From Squatina squatina (Eukaryota): a DNA stretch of 33,422 bases. The stretch is from positions 5,694,846-5,728,267 of the forward strand of contig JARFOE010000046.1 in the NCBI GenBank assembly GCA_031763465.1, read 5' to 3'. A program made the translations under genes and the position numbers. Shown here in pieces: positions 1 to 11,942 of the stretch (the stretch's first letter is position 1; each line of letters begins with the position of its first letter). The notes under the pieces were generated by a model. That model was not told the origin of the DNA, ran no database searches, and saw nothing but the letters and a program-made list of their open reading frames with translations.

Positions 1-406
1 AATTAGGCTTGGGACCATGGCAATGAAAATAATGTGGTATAAATGCGAAAAAGAGCTATGACTGCATTAAATGTGGAATAGCTTACACTGATGATTTAAT
101 TATAAGCAAACAAAAGAAGAATTTCTCTCTATTCTTGTGTAAGCCACTGGTTAATAATGCAAATTTTAATAAAAATAACCACAGATACACCAGTTACCTA
201 AAAGCAACATCAATACATGTACTTGCCATTTTTTCCCAATATTCCTTGTATATAAAAGTATATGCAATCTTACTCTCTGATCTCTGACTATTGTCTTTTT
301 ACATTTCCAATATAATAATCACTTAATTTAAATAAAATATTTTAAATCTATAAACTTTCCTTCTGTTTTATGAGGAAGGGTGGGGATTACCACAGCTATG
401 ATATAC

Positions 407-494
407 CTCATCTTGGAGCAGGGTTTTACTAAACTCCAAGTGATGTCGCTCCATAATGGATGAACCATGAAGTCTTGCCAATGGATCCTGTGAC
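407..494 (-). CDS. PDE6A: Rod cGMP phosphodiesterase 6 alpha, catalytic-domain exon (approx. exon 15)
   Basis: 88-bp AG..GT-bounded exon translating (K)[29 protein letters not shown], the PDE6 catalytic region; phase joins the 598-707 exon across a 103-bp intron. Confidence 0.9.
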
Positions 495-597
495 CTATTA
501 GATTAATGAGATGTAATTAATAAGAGCATTTCTTATAATAGCTTGTCACAATAAGTGAAATAACACATGATAACTGCCTTTCGTAATGGTTACTCAC

Positions 598-707
598 TTC
601 ATCTGATAGAGATTGTTTGTTCCTCTGTGATCGATGTCATGGCAAAATGCAGCTGTCACCATAGCGAATTTCTCCAGATCTGAGTAGTAGCACTTTAAAT
701 TTCCAGT
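598..707 (-). CDS. PDE6A: PDE6 alpha catalytic-domain exon with HD motif (approx. exon 14)
   Basis: 110-bp exon, [37 protein letters not shown]; metal-binding HDxxHxG motif; [10 protein letters not shown] matches my recall of PDE6A rather than PDE6B or PDE6C; donor GTGAGT. Confidence 0.9.
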
Positions 708-1088
708 CTAAAAAGAAGTACATAGGGACGTGTTAATGGCCCAGAGTTTCCAGGAGCATAGCATCAAGTGGCGTGCCCCATTATTTAGATTTTTTCCCTC
801 ACCCTTAAGCTCGAAAGCTNNNNNNNNNNNNNNNNNNNNNNNNNNNNNNNNNNNNNNNNNNNNNNNNNNNNNNNNNNNNNNNNNNNNNNNNNNNNNNNNN
901 NNNNNNNNNNNNNNNNNNNTCAAGCGTTATGGGCCTTGCGCCCGTTTTGCGCCGGCACAATCGGGAGCCGAATTTTGCGCCCACCTTTTCACGCCCAAAG
1001 TGCCTTTACTCCAGTTTCATGCCAATTTTGCACTGGAAGTTTTACCTCGAATTGGCCGCCCAAGTTCTTTAATATGGTTCCAACATAC

Positions 1089-1485
<397 letters not shown>

Positions 1486-1615
1486 TTAAGACACACATAG
1501 GATATTTGTGGCTAAGGCAATGTATCTAAGGAACTTATCTGCGTACTTTAATTTTGGATAGGTGCTTCATTAATATGTCTAAGCATTAATATGTTGATAA
1601 GAAAGTGTTTCCTAC

Positions 1616-1663
1616 CTGAAATTGAAAAAATTCATCTGCAGCTGCATTCATAATGTTGCATAT
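1616..1663 (-). CDS. PDE6A: PDE6 alpha exon (approx. exon 8)
   Basis: 48-bp exon ICNIMNAAADEFFQFQ; CAG acceptor, GTAGG donor; not in the ORF track. Confidence 0.88.
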
Positions 1664-2114
1664 CTGGGAAAACAACACATGAAGTATANNNNNNNNNNNN
1701 NNNNNNNNNNNNNNNNNNNNNNNNNNNNNNNNNNNNNNNNNNNNNNNNNNNNNNNNNNNNNNNNNNNNNNNNNNNNNNNNNNNNNNNNAATTTGTTTGAA
1801 TTCCTGCCCTATAAATACACTAATTAAACCATTTGTTGAACTCCCAAAACATCTAACCATCCATATGTTGACAGGTGGGCTTGTCCATTCTCCTTGCTTC
1901 ATACTTAAAGAATGCAGCATGTGAACTAGGTGAGGCACTGGTATCCCACAAATTGGAGGAATATTCTCAACAAGATTCTAAATATCTATCCCTTTTTTTC
2001 CATTCTATTTCTTCCCTTTCGTTTTCTGCGATTCCAAATGTGGGCCTGAGAAGTAAATGGCATTGACTCAGAGAAGTGTATCACTTCTCAACCTTTTTTT
2101 AAACACAGACTTAC

Positions 2115-2179
2115 GGGATGACTTTAATTTCCTCTTTTCCATGAAGGATGTAATCAATTATTTTGTAGAAGATTATTTC
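2115..2179 (-). CDS. PDE6A: PDE6 alpha exon (approx. exon 6)
   Basis: 65-bp exon EIIFYKIIDYILHGKEEIKVIP; TAG acceptor, GTAAGT donor. Confidence 0.9.
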
Positions 2180-2263
2180 CTATGGATAAAAATAAAACAT
2201 GTAAGAATGAAAATGTTGAAACAATAGCAGTAATATTTGAATAAATCTAATAGTAAAGCATAC

Positions 2264-2338
2264 CCTTCCATCTGGGGTTCTTGGACCATCATATGGTGGT
2301 ACTTCACCCATTTGTACTGGCCAGAGATCAAAAAATTC
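2264..2338 (-). CDS. PDE6A: PDE6 alpha exon (approx. exon 5)
   Basis: 75-bp exon [25 protein letters not shown]; TAG acceptor, GTATGC donor. Confidence 0.9.
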
Positions 2339-2448
2339 CTATGGTTAAAAGAAATAAAAACAAAATAAAAAGGAAGTTATTTGTACATATTACATAGTCA
2401 AGTCAATGACTTGATATTTGAAATACACTGATGTAGAAAATACAAAAC

Positions 2449-2589
2449 CTTTTCCTTTGTCATGTCTAGGAGTGCAACCGAGTATCTATCGCAGTTCAAA
2501 AATCCTCGCACGGTGTAAAGGGCTTTGTGAAACTGTCGCTCAATATCAGTAAGTTCTTCAAATACTTTGCTTGCAGACCATAAAAGAAC
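2449..2589 (-). CDS. PDE6A: PDE6 alpha exon (approx. exon 4)
   Basis: 141-bp exon [47 protein letters not shown]; TAG acceptor, weak GTTTTG donor. Exons 7 and 11-13 would fall in N gaps; exons 1-3 were not found. Confidence 0.9.
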
Positions 2590-2790
2590 CTACATAATAA
2601 ATGCATATAGATTTTATTGTATATACAGGAACATTAATACATTTCCTGTGATATTCAAGACAGAAAGTTCATCAGATTCAACTTGCAAGACATATGCTAA
2701 TTGTAACACAGGAAACAGCTGTCTTCTGGCAAAGAAATAGTAACGCATGCTAATTGACAGTCCTTACTATAATATGGCATTGGACACTTG

Positions 2791-3000
2791 GGGGGAAGAT
2801 TTCCTCTGTTTGCTAAGTGCAACACTATTGTAGACATGTGTACAGACAGTGACTGGGGATTTCTGCTTCTGCTTCACATCCTTAATTGTCCTCTAGATTA
2901 AAATGGATGTTGGGATAATCACGGGCTGGCGAGTGGACAAGGCAGAAACCCCTGACAACACATTTACAAGTCCACTGCAAACAATAGGAAATCTACACCC
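2791..3000. mobile_element. Short MITE-like element with imperfect terminal inverted repeats
   Basis: GGGGGAAGATTTCCTCTGTTTGC (2791-2813) pairs with GCAAACAATAGGAAATCTACACCC (2977-3000), about 20 of 24 positions. Confidence 0.55.
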
Positions 3001-3214
3001 AGCTTGTTTGTATGTGTGTTAAGTCATTACTTAGGAATTAATTTAATTATTGTCAAAGGTACTAATTGAAAACAGTCCTATAATAGTCCAAACTTGTAAT
3101 AGATATATTACTAATTTTCAATCATAAAATACGTTAGCATATTAACATTTAGGGACAATTCACCTGCTTGGAAAAGATGTCGGTACAGACAATTTCTGAC
3201 TGTGAACTGTGTCA

Positions 3215-3391
<177 letters not shown>

Positions 3392-4292
3392 TCAGATAGT
3401 CACTGGAAAGTCTGAAATGTATTGATTTCAGGAGGCAAATTGTGAATTATCGGAAATTATAAAATCTAAAACAGAAACAGAATGTACAGGAAGTACATAG
3501 CAGGCGCAGCCTTCTCTCCAATTTTAGAATCAGTTTATAGCAAAATAAATCAATTTGATGCCTCTTGTAATAGTGGTTAGCACATCTGTTCTCACCCAGT
3601 CACTTTGTTCAGTCTTATTTAGGGGCTTTCTTGTCTGTCCACACCAGTTCTAATGAATACTCCTCGTCCGAAATATTAACGTACCTTTTCTCTTTCAGAC
3701 ACTGTTGCAGGGATTTCTGGGCGAATTACCGCCCCAGTGGTACTCACTCCCATTTTCAGGGGATCTTACACAGCTGAGTCAGTAAAGGTCTGAGACCAAG
3801 TTGTCTAACCCTCTCCCCCACCCACCTTCTCAAATGGGGAACAGTGCATCACGAGAGGTGGGAAACGGAGAGAAAATGACCTGGAGAAATTCTGCACCCA
3901 TGCTGCCAGGACATTAAAGGGGCATTGTCTTCATGAAGGGATGTTTAGCAAACTTATTTCTGTTTCGGGAACCAGGATAACTGAGCACCACTTTCCTTAC
4001 AATTACATGTTGGTAACATGATGACAGTTTTCAATACCATTTATAGAATTAATGGCATGTGTTTGTAAACAAATCACAAATAGATTCCAAAGTATTCCTT
4101 CATCGAAAGTATGCCCCTTTAACGGATTGCTTCTCATCTAGTCAACTGAAGCATGTGTGAGATTAGTGGGCTGTGGAGGTGGGAAAAGCAAANNNNNNNN
4201 NNNNNNNNNNNNNNNNNNNNNNNNNNNNNNNNNNNNNNNNNNNNNNNNNNNNNNNNNNNNNNNNNNNNNNNNNNNNNNNNNNNNNNNNNNNN

Positions 4293-4790
4293 CCAATGTC
4301 AGCGTCCTCTCTCAGGCCAACATCCCCAGCATCGAGGCACTGGTCACGCTCAACCAACTGCGATGGGTGAGTCACATCGTCCGCATGCCTGATTCAAGAC
4401 TCCCGAAACAAGCACTATATTCCGAGCTCCCTCATGGCAAACGCCTCCGAGGAGAGCAGAAAAAATGCTACAAGGACGTCCTCAAAGCCTCATTGAAAAA
4501 ATGCAACGTCCCCACCGACTCATGGGAATCAATGGCCCAAGATTGCCCGCAATGGAGTAGAAACATCCGTGAAGGCACCAACTGCTTCGAGTTTCTTCGG
4601 CGGGAGCATGTGGAGGCCAAGCACAGGCAGCGGAAGCATCCCATCCTCTCGCCCCACCAAATACCACCTGCTCCACCTGTGGTCGAGTTTGTGGATCCCG
4701 CATTGGACTTTTCAGCCACCTCGGTACCCACAGCTCTGGAGTGGAAGCACGCCATCCGCGAACCCAAGGGACTGCCTAAGAAGAAGACAT
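4293..4790 (+). mobile_element. RTE-clade LINE, 3' fragment
   Basis: NVSVLSQANIPSIEALVTLNQLRWVSHIVRMPDSRLPKQALYSEL..G.R..GEQKKCYKDVLK is the typical C-terminus of RTE/BovB-like reverse transcriptases; ends in a short AAG-repeat tail; 5' part lost in the gap. Confidence 0.85.
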
Positions 4791-4974
4791 CCTCATTTCT
4801 TGGCATAAAAAAGTTGGATCCAAATCTGTGATCTGGAGCTTGGGCCACTGCCATCATAGGCTCCACCCACTTCCAAATCCATAGAAATATGATAAATATT
4901 AACACCACCAAATTTCTACCCCATAAAATACAGTAAATAACCCAAACATATCTACATCCTGCCAAATGCTGTAA

Positions 4975-5390
4975 ACATCATCCCCAATCACAACTGTACC
5001 CTAGAAATACAGCAAACATATCTAAACCCCAAATAATATCTCCCATGCCTCCTCCACACACATACAAAATTGCTTTGGAAAACAATGTTGTAAATATCCA
5101 CATACATAAACAGAACTACACAGGGAAACATGGTAATAAATATCCCTAACCAAAACAAAAAGTGTGATAAGTGAATATCCCCAACTATACAAGAAAATGA
5201 TCGTAAGCACTCCCATACTATATCAGAAAATATTACTGAATATCCGCAAGTATATAAGAAAATATGATAGTGTATATCCCCCACTATACCAGAAAAAGTA
5301 ACTAAATATCTCTAATTATAACAGAAAATATTAATAATGAATATTCTTAACTATCCCAAAATAGAATACCTAATAAAATATAAATATTAA
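4975..5390. repeat. Degenerate AT-rich tandem repeat, unit about 30-35 bp
   Basis: Recurring AATATCCCCAACTATAC(A/C)AGAAAA-like units, clearest at 5170-5360. Confidence 0.55.
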
Positions 5391-5512
5391 AAGGTATAGG
5401 GAGCAAGCAGCAGAGTGTCATTACATGAGGTGGCTCTTGTGGAGAAAAATACTGGCACACAATTGTTGGACAAAATGAGTTGTTCTGTGCCATGCTGTGC
5501 CATTCTATGATT
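5390..5512 (+). mobile_element. Degenerate CR1-type 3' tail (LINE or partner SINE)
   Basis: AGGTATAGGGAGCAAGCAG...GGCACAC...TGTTCTGTGC...ATTCTATGATT resembles the other CR1-type tails in this window. Confidence 0.45.
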
Positions 5513-6396
5513 TAATGATAAGTTACTGATCTCTCAATTCAACAAGTTGGATAACAATACTAATACACAGTAAGAAAACCAGTTTTATATTGATGAGATG
5601 TATGTACAGCATTAGATTTGAAGTCATAAAAGTGCAATGGGTTTCAACTACATTGTTCTTTTCGTTTGAAAGTTTATTTTGAAATGAATAAATTGAAAAG
5701 AACCCTTGACAAATTTAGTTTAATTTTCTGATCATAAAATGCAAAATGTTGTTAAAAGAATGCAATTTACATCCACTAAAACTGCTGACAAAGATGTTCC
5801 ATTAAATCAGACTATAGGACATGACCTACAAGGTAATCCATGTGGTTATAAGTGTGACAGGATTAGTTTGTATGGTGATTTCATATTAATACTTAATTCT
5901 TCACTTAACAATTATCAAAGCAATATAACCTTGTGCAATATGCAAATGTGTGCCTCATAAAAAATAAATTAACCTTCCCCAGGCATGATCTCACGGTCGG
6001 AAATATCAATAACTTGCCTTATCTCTTTACAATTGTTGACTAACCTGCTGTGTTTTCCAGCAGTTTTTGTTCCATAACCAATTGCTATATATTAATTATT
6101 ACTGTTACTAATTAACTGGTTGAATCTTTCAGGACTGCTGATGTTTCTAAGGTCTCTACAGACACCATCATCTTTCCTTTCTAACAAAAAATTGTTGCAG
6201 ACCAATAGTGAAAATGGAAATCGCTGTCAGTGAGATTCAAACACACTATTTTGTTAAACTTTAGCTTCTTTCAGTACTAGTAAAATACATTTTAAATTAC
6301 AGTAGTACAAATATGACGTTATTTTGATAATATTTCATCCACTAGCTGTATTTAAATTCTGAAATATAACAAGGTAAAGGGAGCATAAAACATCTC

Positions 6397-6982
6397 GGGC
6401 ATGAAATTCACCTGTGTCGCTTTGGGGCGGTAGTAGGCATTTTTCTCGCGAGCTCCCACCCTGCCCCACCCACCACAGAATTTGTCATTTTGGGGCGGGA
6501 GCGAGGCACAGCGAAGCCGATCTCGCTCCCAGGTGGAACTGGGCAGGCTGGCCGTGGACGTCGCTGGCATGGCCTCAGCGACACGCTTGCAATGTCAGCT
6601 GCACCGCGTCGGCGTCGCTGCGTGCTGACGTCAGACGCAGCGCGCTGATGTTAGCAGCTCGGCCAGGCCTTCCTTAAAGGGGCGGGCAGCCGTCCATCCT
6701 GATGGCGCCCTGCGGCCCACCATTGGGCCGCCAGGGACAGCGGCAATTGGGACACCAGCCTGGCATGCCAGTCGACGCGCTAGGTGAGGAGATGGTGGCC
6801 TAATTGGGCTGTGGGCCGCCATCAGTCGGCCGACATGAGAGTCGGCCGATAAACAAAGATGGCGGCCTTAGGCGCACAGGCCCTCCCCTTTAAGAGGGCC
6901 ATTGCAGCGACAGGTTTTGCTGAATTCCACCCGCATGATGCAAACGGAGCGCAAAGGGGGCGCGGCCGCACTGTGCAGGTCG
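6397..6982. mobile_element. GC/CpG-rich non-autonomous DNA transposon fragment
   Basis: Abrupt switch from AT-rich flank to GC-rich sequence starting GGGCATGAAATTC, like the GGGC..AATT termini of the other MITEs here; runs into a gap. Confidence 0.5.
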
Positions 6983-8130
6983 NNNNNNNNNNNNNNNNNN
7001 NNNNNNNNNNNNNNNNNNNNNNNNNNNNNNNNNNNNNNNNNNNNNNNNNNNNNNNNNNNNNNNNNNNNNNNNNNNNNNNNNNCCCCTCTTCCCTCTCAAA
7101 TCTATATATGCCCGCTGTCCATCATTTAAACTGGCATTTTCAACCCACATATCAGTTTCTTCACTGGAATTGGAGGTCGTCATTATCGACGAATCAGATC
7201 AGTTGTAAGGCAGGATTGGCAGCTATAGGAACCTATCAGATCAGTTGTAGTTTTAAGATGAGCTGATGGTTTCTGAGATTTACATTTCCAGGTGTTTTTC
7301 TCCAAAGAAGTGCCACAAGTAACAAATCGGCTGATTTAGATTTTCGGCGATGGCGGAAAAGTCTGCCATGTTCCCTGCCTGATTTTCCTTTTCGTTGATT
7401 TTGGGCTACCTTCCATTTTCCACACCTTCGAAAGTTAAAAATCTACCCCCACGGTTCAAGCCCTGCCTCAGCTTGCTAGCTATTGCGAAGGTGGATTTCC
7501 TTCAAGACTGGCTGCAGCCATTCTTATAAGGTATAAGGAGGATGTTCCTTGGTGTGGATGCATTTACCAGCTTTATTAGAGTATTCTTCTCACTGCATTT
7601 TTAAATGCCAGTGTTTAGAAATAAACTGAGAGGGGCTGGAGTGCGAAGAGTTTCACTTAATTGGAAAAAAATTAGGATTTTGCTACAGTACACTACAGTG
7701 ATGCATGATGCAGACTGTTGCCCTGTTTGTGGGTGAGTAGCACTTAGTTATGTTCTCTAGCTTAGAAAGTCTTCATTTTATTACACAGTTATGGTGGGGG
7801 TCCCCGTGAAGTGAATGCGGAGAGAGCCCAAACCATCCCTATTACAGTGATCAACATTCACGGGGAGCTGTGAGGAATGACATTAATAATTACTAAGAGG
7901 AAAAGTGACTGCAAACCCCAAACAGACTCACCCAAGAGCACAAAATGCAGCTCCCTGTTTCCTCAAACACATGTTTGTGCATTTTAGTTCTTTTGATGAT
8001 CACCGTGTCCAATGAATTTTATTTACAGTACAAATCACAAAATGGTTTATAACAGAACATTCTTTCTTGTAATGTTATTGTTGTAAGTTACTAGTGTAAA
8101 CCTGAATGCTGCACGGTCTGCATTACAACA

Positions 8131-8430
8131 GCCAATTCGTTGTTTGCAGGGCAGGATCCAATATATGGGCTACATACCTCATTCTTTGTCTGCATCATCT
8201 ACTTTCTGATGGGAACATCAAGGCATATCTCAGTTGATATCTTTGGTGTGCTTTGCTTAATGATTGGCCAGGTGATGGATAGAGAGCTACAGTTTGCTGG
8301 GTTTGACCTCTCTGATATTAATAACACTACCCAATCAGAAATGTTCAATCAGTCTGCAGGTGTTTGTGGCAAAAGCTGCTTTGCCATTCGGATCGGCTCA
8401 ACATTGACTTTCATGGCTGGAGTCTATCAG
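8131..8430 (+). pseudogene. SLC26A2: SLC26A2 (DTDST sulfate transporter) first-coding-exon fragment, 5'-truncated
   Basis: [60 protein letters not shown] followed by GTAAGG at the conserved intron position. Similarity stops near 8131 with an in-frame TAG at 8092. Family call is firm; pseudogene status is inferred. Confidence 0.65.
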
Positions 8431-8504
8431 GTAAGGTGAAGACTTAGTCAACCTTTATGAACCCTAAATCAACGTGTGCTGTATACATAATGCAACGATG
8501 AAGT

Positions 8505-9290
8505 GACATAGGATTTACAGCTCAAAAACAGGCCATTTGGCTCAACCAGTCCATGCCGGCATTTATTTATGTTCCACTCAAGCCTCCTCCAATCTTTCCT
8601 CATCTAACTATATCAGCATAACCCTCTATTCCCTTCTCAATCATACGATTATCGAGCATCCATAAAATTTGCTTCAACCACTCCCACATTCTCTAGATAA
8701 AGAAGTTTCTTGATGAGAAAAGGGAAGGTAAAAACAAGTGGCTTTTGAGAAAGATTAAGCTGAGTTCAAGTGTATCTTTTATATATAAAACAATGAATTG
8801 GGACTTTTTTTTTATCAGATCCAATGCACTTTAGAGTGGGGCACTAGGACTAACTGGGTTGCTCTTTGAAAGACCTGGCACAGACTCGATAGGCCAAATG
8901 GCCTTCTGTGCTGTACTATTTTACGATTCTATGAATTCCCTAATTCTTTTCTTGGTGAAAGTCTTATATTGATGGCCTCTAGTTATGCTCTTCCCCACAG
9001 ATGGAAACACACTCTCTGTATCCACTCTCAAATCTTTACGTCATTTTAAAGACCTAGGTCACCCCTCAGCCTTTTCTTTTCAGGAGAAAAAGAGACCCAG
9101 TTGGTTCATCCTTTCCTGATGGGTATAATGTTGCATTTCTGGAATCCTCCTTGTAAATCTTTTTTGCACTCTCTCCAGTGTCTCTATATCCTTTTTATAA
9201 TATGGCAACCAGAATTGTACACAATACTCCAAGTGTGTTCTAACCCAGGTTTGATACAAGTTTAGCATAAATTCTACTTTTCAATTCTGT
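8505..9290 (-). mobile_element. CR1 LINE 3' fragment, interrupted at about 8711-8932 by sequence ending in a plus-strand CR1-type tail
   Basis: LYQTWVRTHLEYCVQFWLPYYKKDIETLERVQKRFTRRIP..ERMNQLGLF (9080-9268) is the CR1 RT C-terminal signature; 3' tail near 8505-8560. Confidence 0.85.
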
Positions 9291-9506
9291 GTTCTTAGCA
9301 TCCACTTATCAACTGCAACATGGGAAACTGCAGGTGCAAAATCGTATCCCACCACTCTGCGGAGCTTTTCGGAATGGCCCGTCACTGAGCTAGGCGCTGC
9401 GATTGTAGTGCTTGATAAAAAGTTAGTGGAAACACTGCGTGGAGATTTACTTTTACAGTAAATTTGCTGTTGAACACTCAGGTTCTCATTCCTTCGATAT
9501 CCACAG

Positions 9507-9620
9507 AGAGAGCACGTCAAGTACACAGAAGACCCCAGACAGTGGTCATGTGTCACAGGAACCAAAGTCTGAAAACTCATCCAATCAGAGTTCTCCAGAG
9601 ATGCCCACAACAAAGAACAG
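9507..9620 (+). CDS. RAP1GAP: Rap1 GTPase-activating protein-like C-terminal exon
   Basis: 114-bp exon, TTCCTTCGATATCCACAG acceptor and AG|GTGTGT donor, translating (R)[37 protein letters not shown](R); near-identical to the RAP1GAP segment [32 protein letters not shown] as I recall it. Confidence 0.8.
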
Positions 9621-10256
9621 GTGTGTTCAGTATAACCTGGCCTCATTGATCTGGTAAGCAGTTAAAGACAGCTCTTTCTATTGATGAAATCTCTGTTCCT
9701 GTAGAAGCAGACTATTCAAATAAGGCTCGTGCTGAAAGCAAAGGTCTATGCTGCCTTTAAGTGGTATATTATGCAATCTCTCAGCAGGCTTATCTTAGGT
9801 ATGCAGGTAAAAGGAGTTCAGAAAGCTGTATTGTATCATAAAAATAAGTTTATTTATAAAATTACAGCTCTACATTTGGAACAACAGAGAAGTTTAATAT
9901 CTCCCGTGTATTACAGCAGTGTGAGCAGTGATGCGGGAGCTCTGCAATGTGCTGGTGGTTCTGGAGGATGAGCCACATCAAAAGGCGGCACATTTGGCAG
10001 TTCCTGCAGCATTGGCGGTGTTGCGGCTGGAGCATGCCGCCATGTTCTCTGGCTGTCAGTCAATTAAATGCTTAGCCTGCTTGCGGTTTTCCTATCGATA
10101 GCCCATAGAGGTCTTACCCTGCAGGCAGAAATAGAAGCTGTGATTGGGATTTTCATTACAGATACTTGAATGTAACTGTGGCAAAGCAAAAAAGAAAACG
10201 AATCAGTCATGCCTTGTGTCTGTCGCTCTCAGGCTTATTTCCTGTGAAACACATTG

Positions 10257-10772
10257 GGCCAGAATTTACTGGTGGGGACTAATGGTGCTCACTGTTATTT
10301 ATGTGCAAATCGTATGGCAACTTTAGGCGAGGGCAGATTCATGGTTCAACAGGAAAATCCAGAAGTTGCTGTCCGAGATGCGCCACTCCGCCATGAGCTT
10401 CCCGAAAATGCCATCTTGCTGTCTGATTCGCTATTCTCAATGAATTGCACGGCGTGAAGTTCCTGTACTTGCACTGTACATACGAACTAAACTCGCCACC
10501 AAAAGTTAGGCCTTGCCCATTTCAGTTTAAGTATCCTTTTTAACGGCGTGATGAGTCTCAATTACTGCCAAACAACCTCGCTGGCCCTGAAAATTAACTA
10601 TTACAAGTGGGGAGTCTCATTGTTTCAGCTTCCTACTGTTACATTGTTTTTAACTTTCTTTCTGGGTTTTTCTCTCTCGTACTACAATCTTTCTTTCCCT
10701 CTTTTTGTTTTGCTTTCAGTACAAGATTTGACATTGAATTCACAATTCTAACTTGCACAGTAAATTCTGGCC
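10257..10772. mobile_element. Complete MITE (about 516 bp), probably PIF/Harbinger type
   Basis: Perfect 15-bp TIR: GGCCAGAATTTACTG (10257-10271) and CAGTAAATTCTGGCC (10758-10772); no coding capacity. Confidence 0.8.
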
Positions 10773-11066
10773 AAATGAACATTCTGTGCCCACAGGCTGA
10801 ACCATTACTCGGGCTGTTCAATTGTGACCATATCACCTCGGGTTTAATAGTGTGTCTCAAAATCACCTAATACTTGTAGCAGATCTCATTTTCATTTTAC
10901 AGGGAGCGTGGCAGAGTGAAATAGAAAATCTAGACTTTGACCTTATCAGAAGCAGAATTTGTAGAAAAATGGCTTTGGTCATTAAATATACACTGGGGAA
11001 AAATAACCTAGCCTCTCTCTAGAAGGTAGTCACTTTTGATAAATATATATTTTTCTCTAATTATAG

Positions 11067-11165
11067 AGCAATAATAAATCAGAAGGCTTCAAACGAAGGA
11101 GGTCAGGATCTCTCTCGATCATCTTCAAATGCCAGCAGCTTTGCCAGTGTTGTGGAGGAAAATGA
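11067..11165 (+). CDS. RAP1GAP: Next RAP1GAP-like exon, truncated by a gap
   Basis: TTTTCTCTAATTATAG acceptor; phase-compatible with 9507-9620 (AG+A=Arg); AIINQKASNEGGQDLSRSSSNASSFASVVEEN matches the RAP1GAP motif DFSRSSSSASSFASVVEE from recall. Confidence 0.75.
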   Translation, partial: SNNKSEGFKRRRSGSLSIIFKCQQLCQCCGGK

Positions 11166-11942
11166 NNNNNNNNNNNNNNNNNNNNNNNNNNNNNNNNNNN
11201 NNNNNNNNNNNNNNNNNNNNNNNNNNNNNNNNNNNNNNNNNNNNNNNNNNNNNNNNNNNNNNNNNCTCAGGATAGTGACGTGCTTCCTATCACTGGCTGC
11301 TGCAAGGAAACAAGCACTGACCACTCTCCGCTGCTTTGGCACCAGAAATCACAATTTTTAGAACATTGGCATGGAGTCAAAACAGGATTAACTCTGAACA
11401 CCTCAAGTAGTGCTTTTGAAAGTTGCTTGGCAGACCTGCTGCCGAGGATTTTGAGGCAAATGACCAGATACTAAACAGAGAGGTACTGACTTCAACCTAG
11501 AGGTTCAAGTCTTAATATGATGATTTGAGAGAGCTGGATAAACTTGCCAACCAGGAAGTTTAGAGACAGGACCCAAAGAGAAGAGACAATTTTACTTGGC
11601 AGTTTAAACTTTTGATAAGTGTAGGTGCAGTGTTTAGCATTGAGTGGACTGCTTTGTCGTTTAATTACAATGTAATTATACTGGTTCGTATTCCATACTT
11701 GGTGATGGCAAAATTCAATATTCCTATTGGTTGCTGCACCAGAGAAAAATCAAAAACTGCTGCATACAGATGGTGGGAACTTCTGATATTGCAAAACTAT
11801 TGCAAATCTATCTGCCCACTGCATGCAGCAGACCTTGATTCCCATAGTGAAAGGGCAGAGCCAGGAACAGTACTGATCTTTGTAAGCTGACATTGATTCT
11901 CAAATGCTGATTATCCATAATTAAATGATTTGCATTCTCCTT

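Noticed and set aside
6352-6982. CpG-island promoter for the divergent PDE6A/SLC26A2 pair, or GC-rich ORFs
   Set aside because: Sharp transposon-like boundary at 6397 and no identifiable first exon; better explained as a repeat, although regulatory use cannot be excluded.
9439-9657. 72-aa stand-alone ORF, or a longer exon 9459-9653
   Set aside because: Only 9507-9620 matches RAP1GAP; the 9654 donor would create TGA when joined to the 11067 exon.
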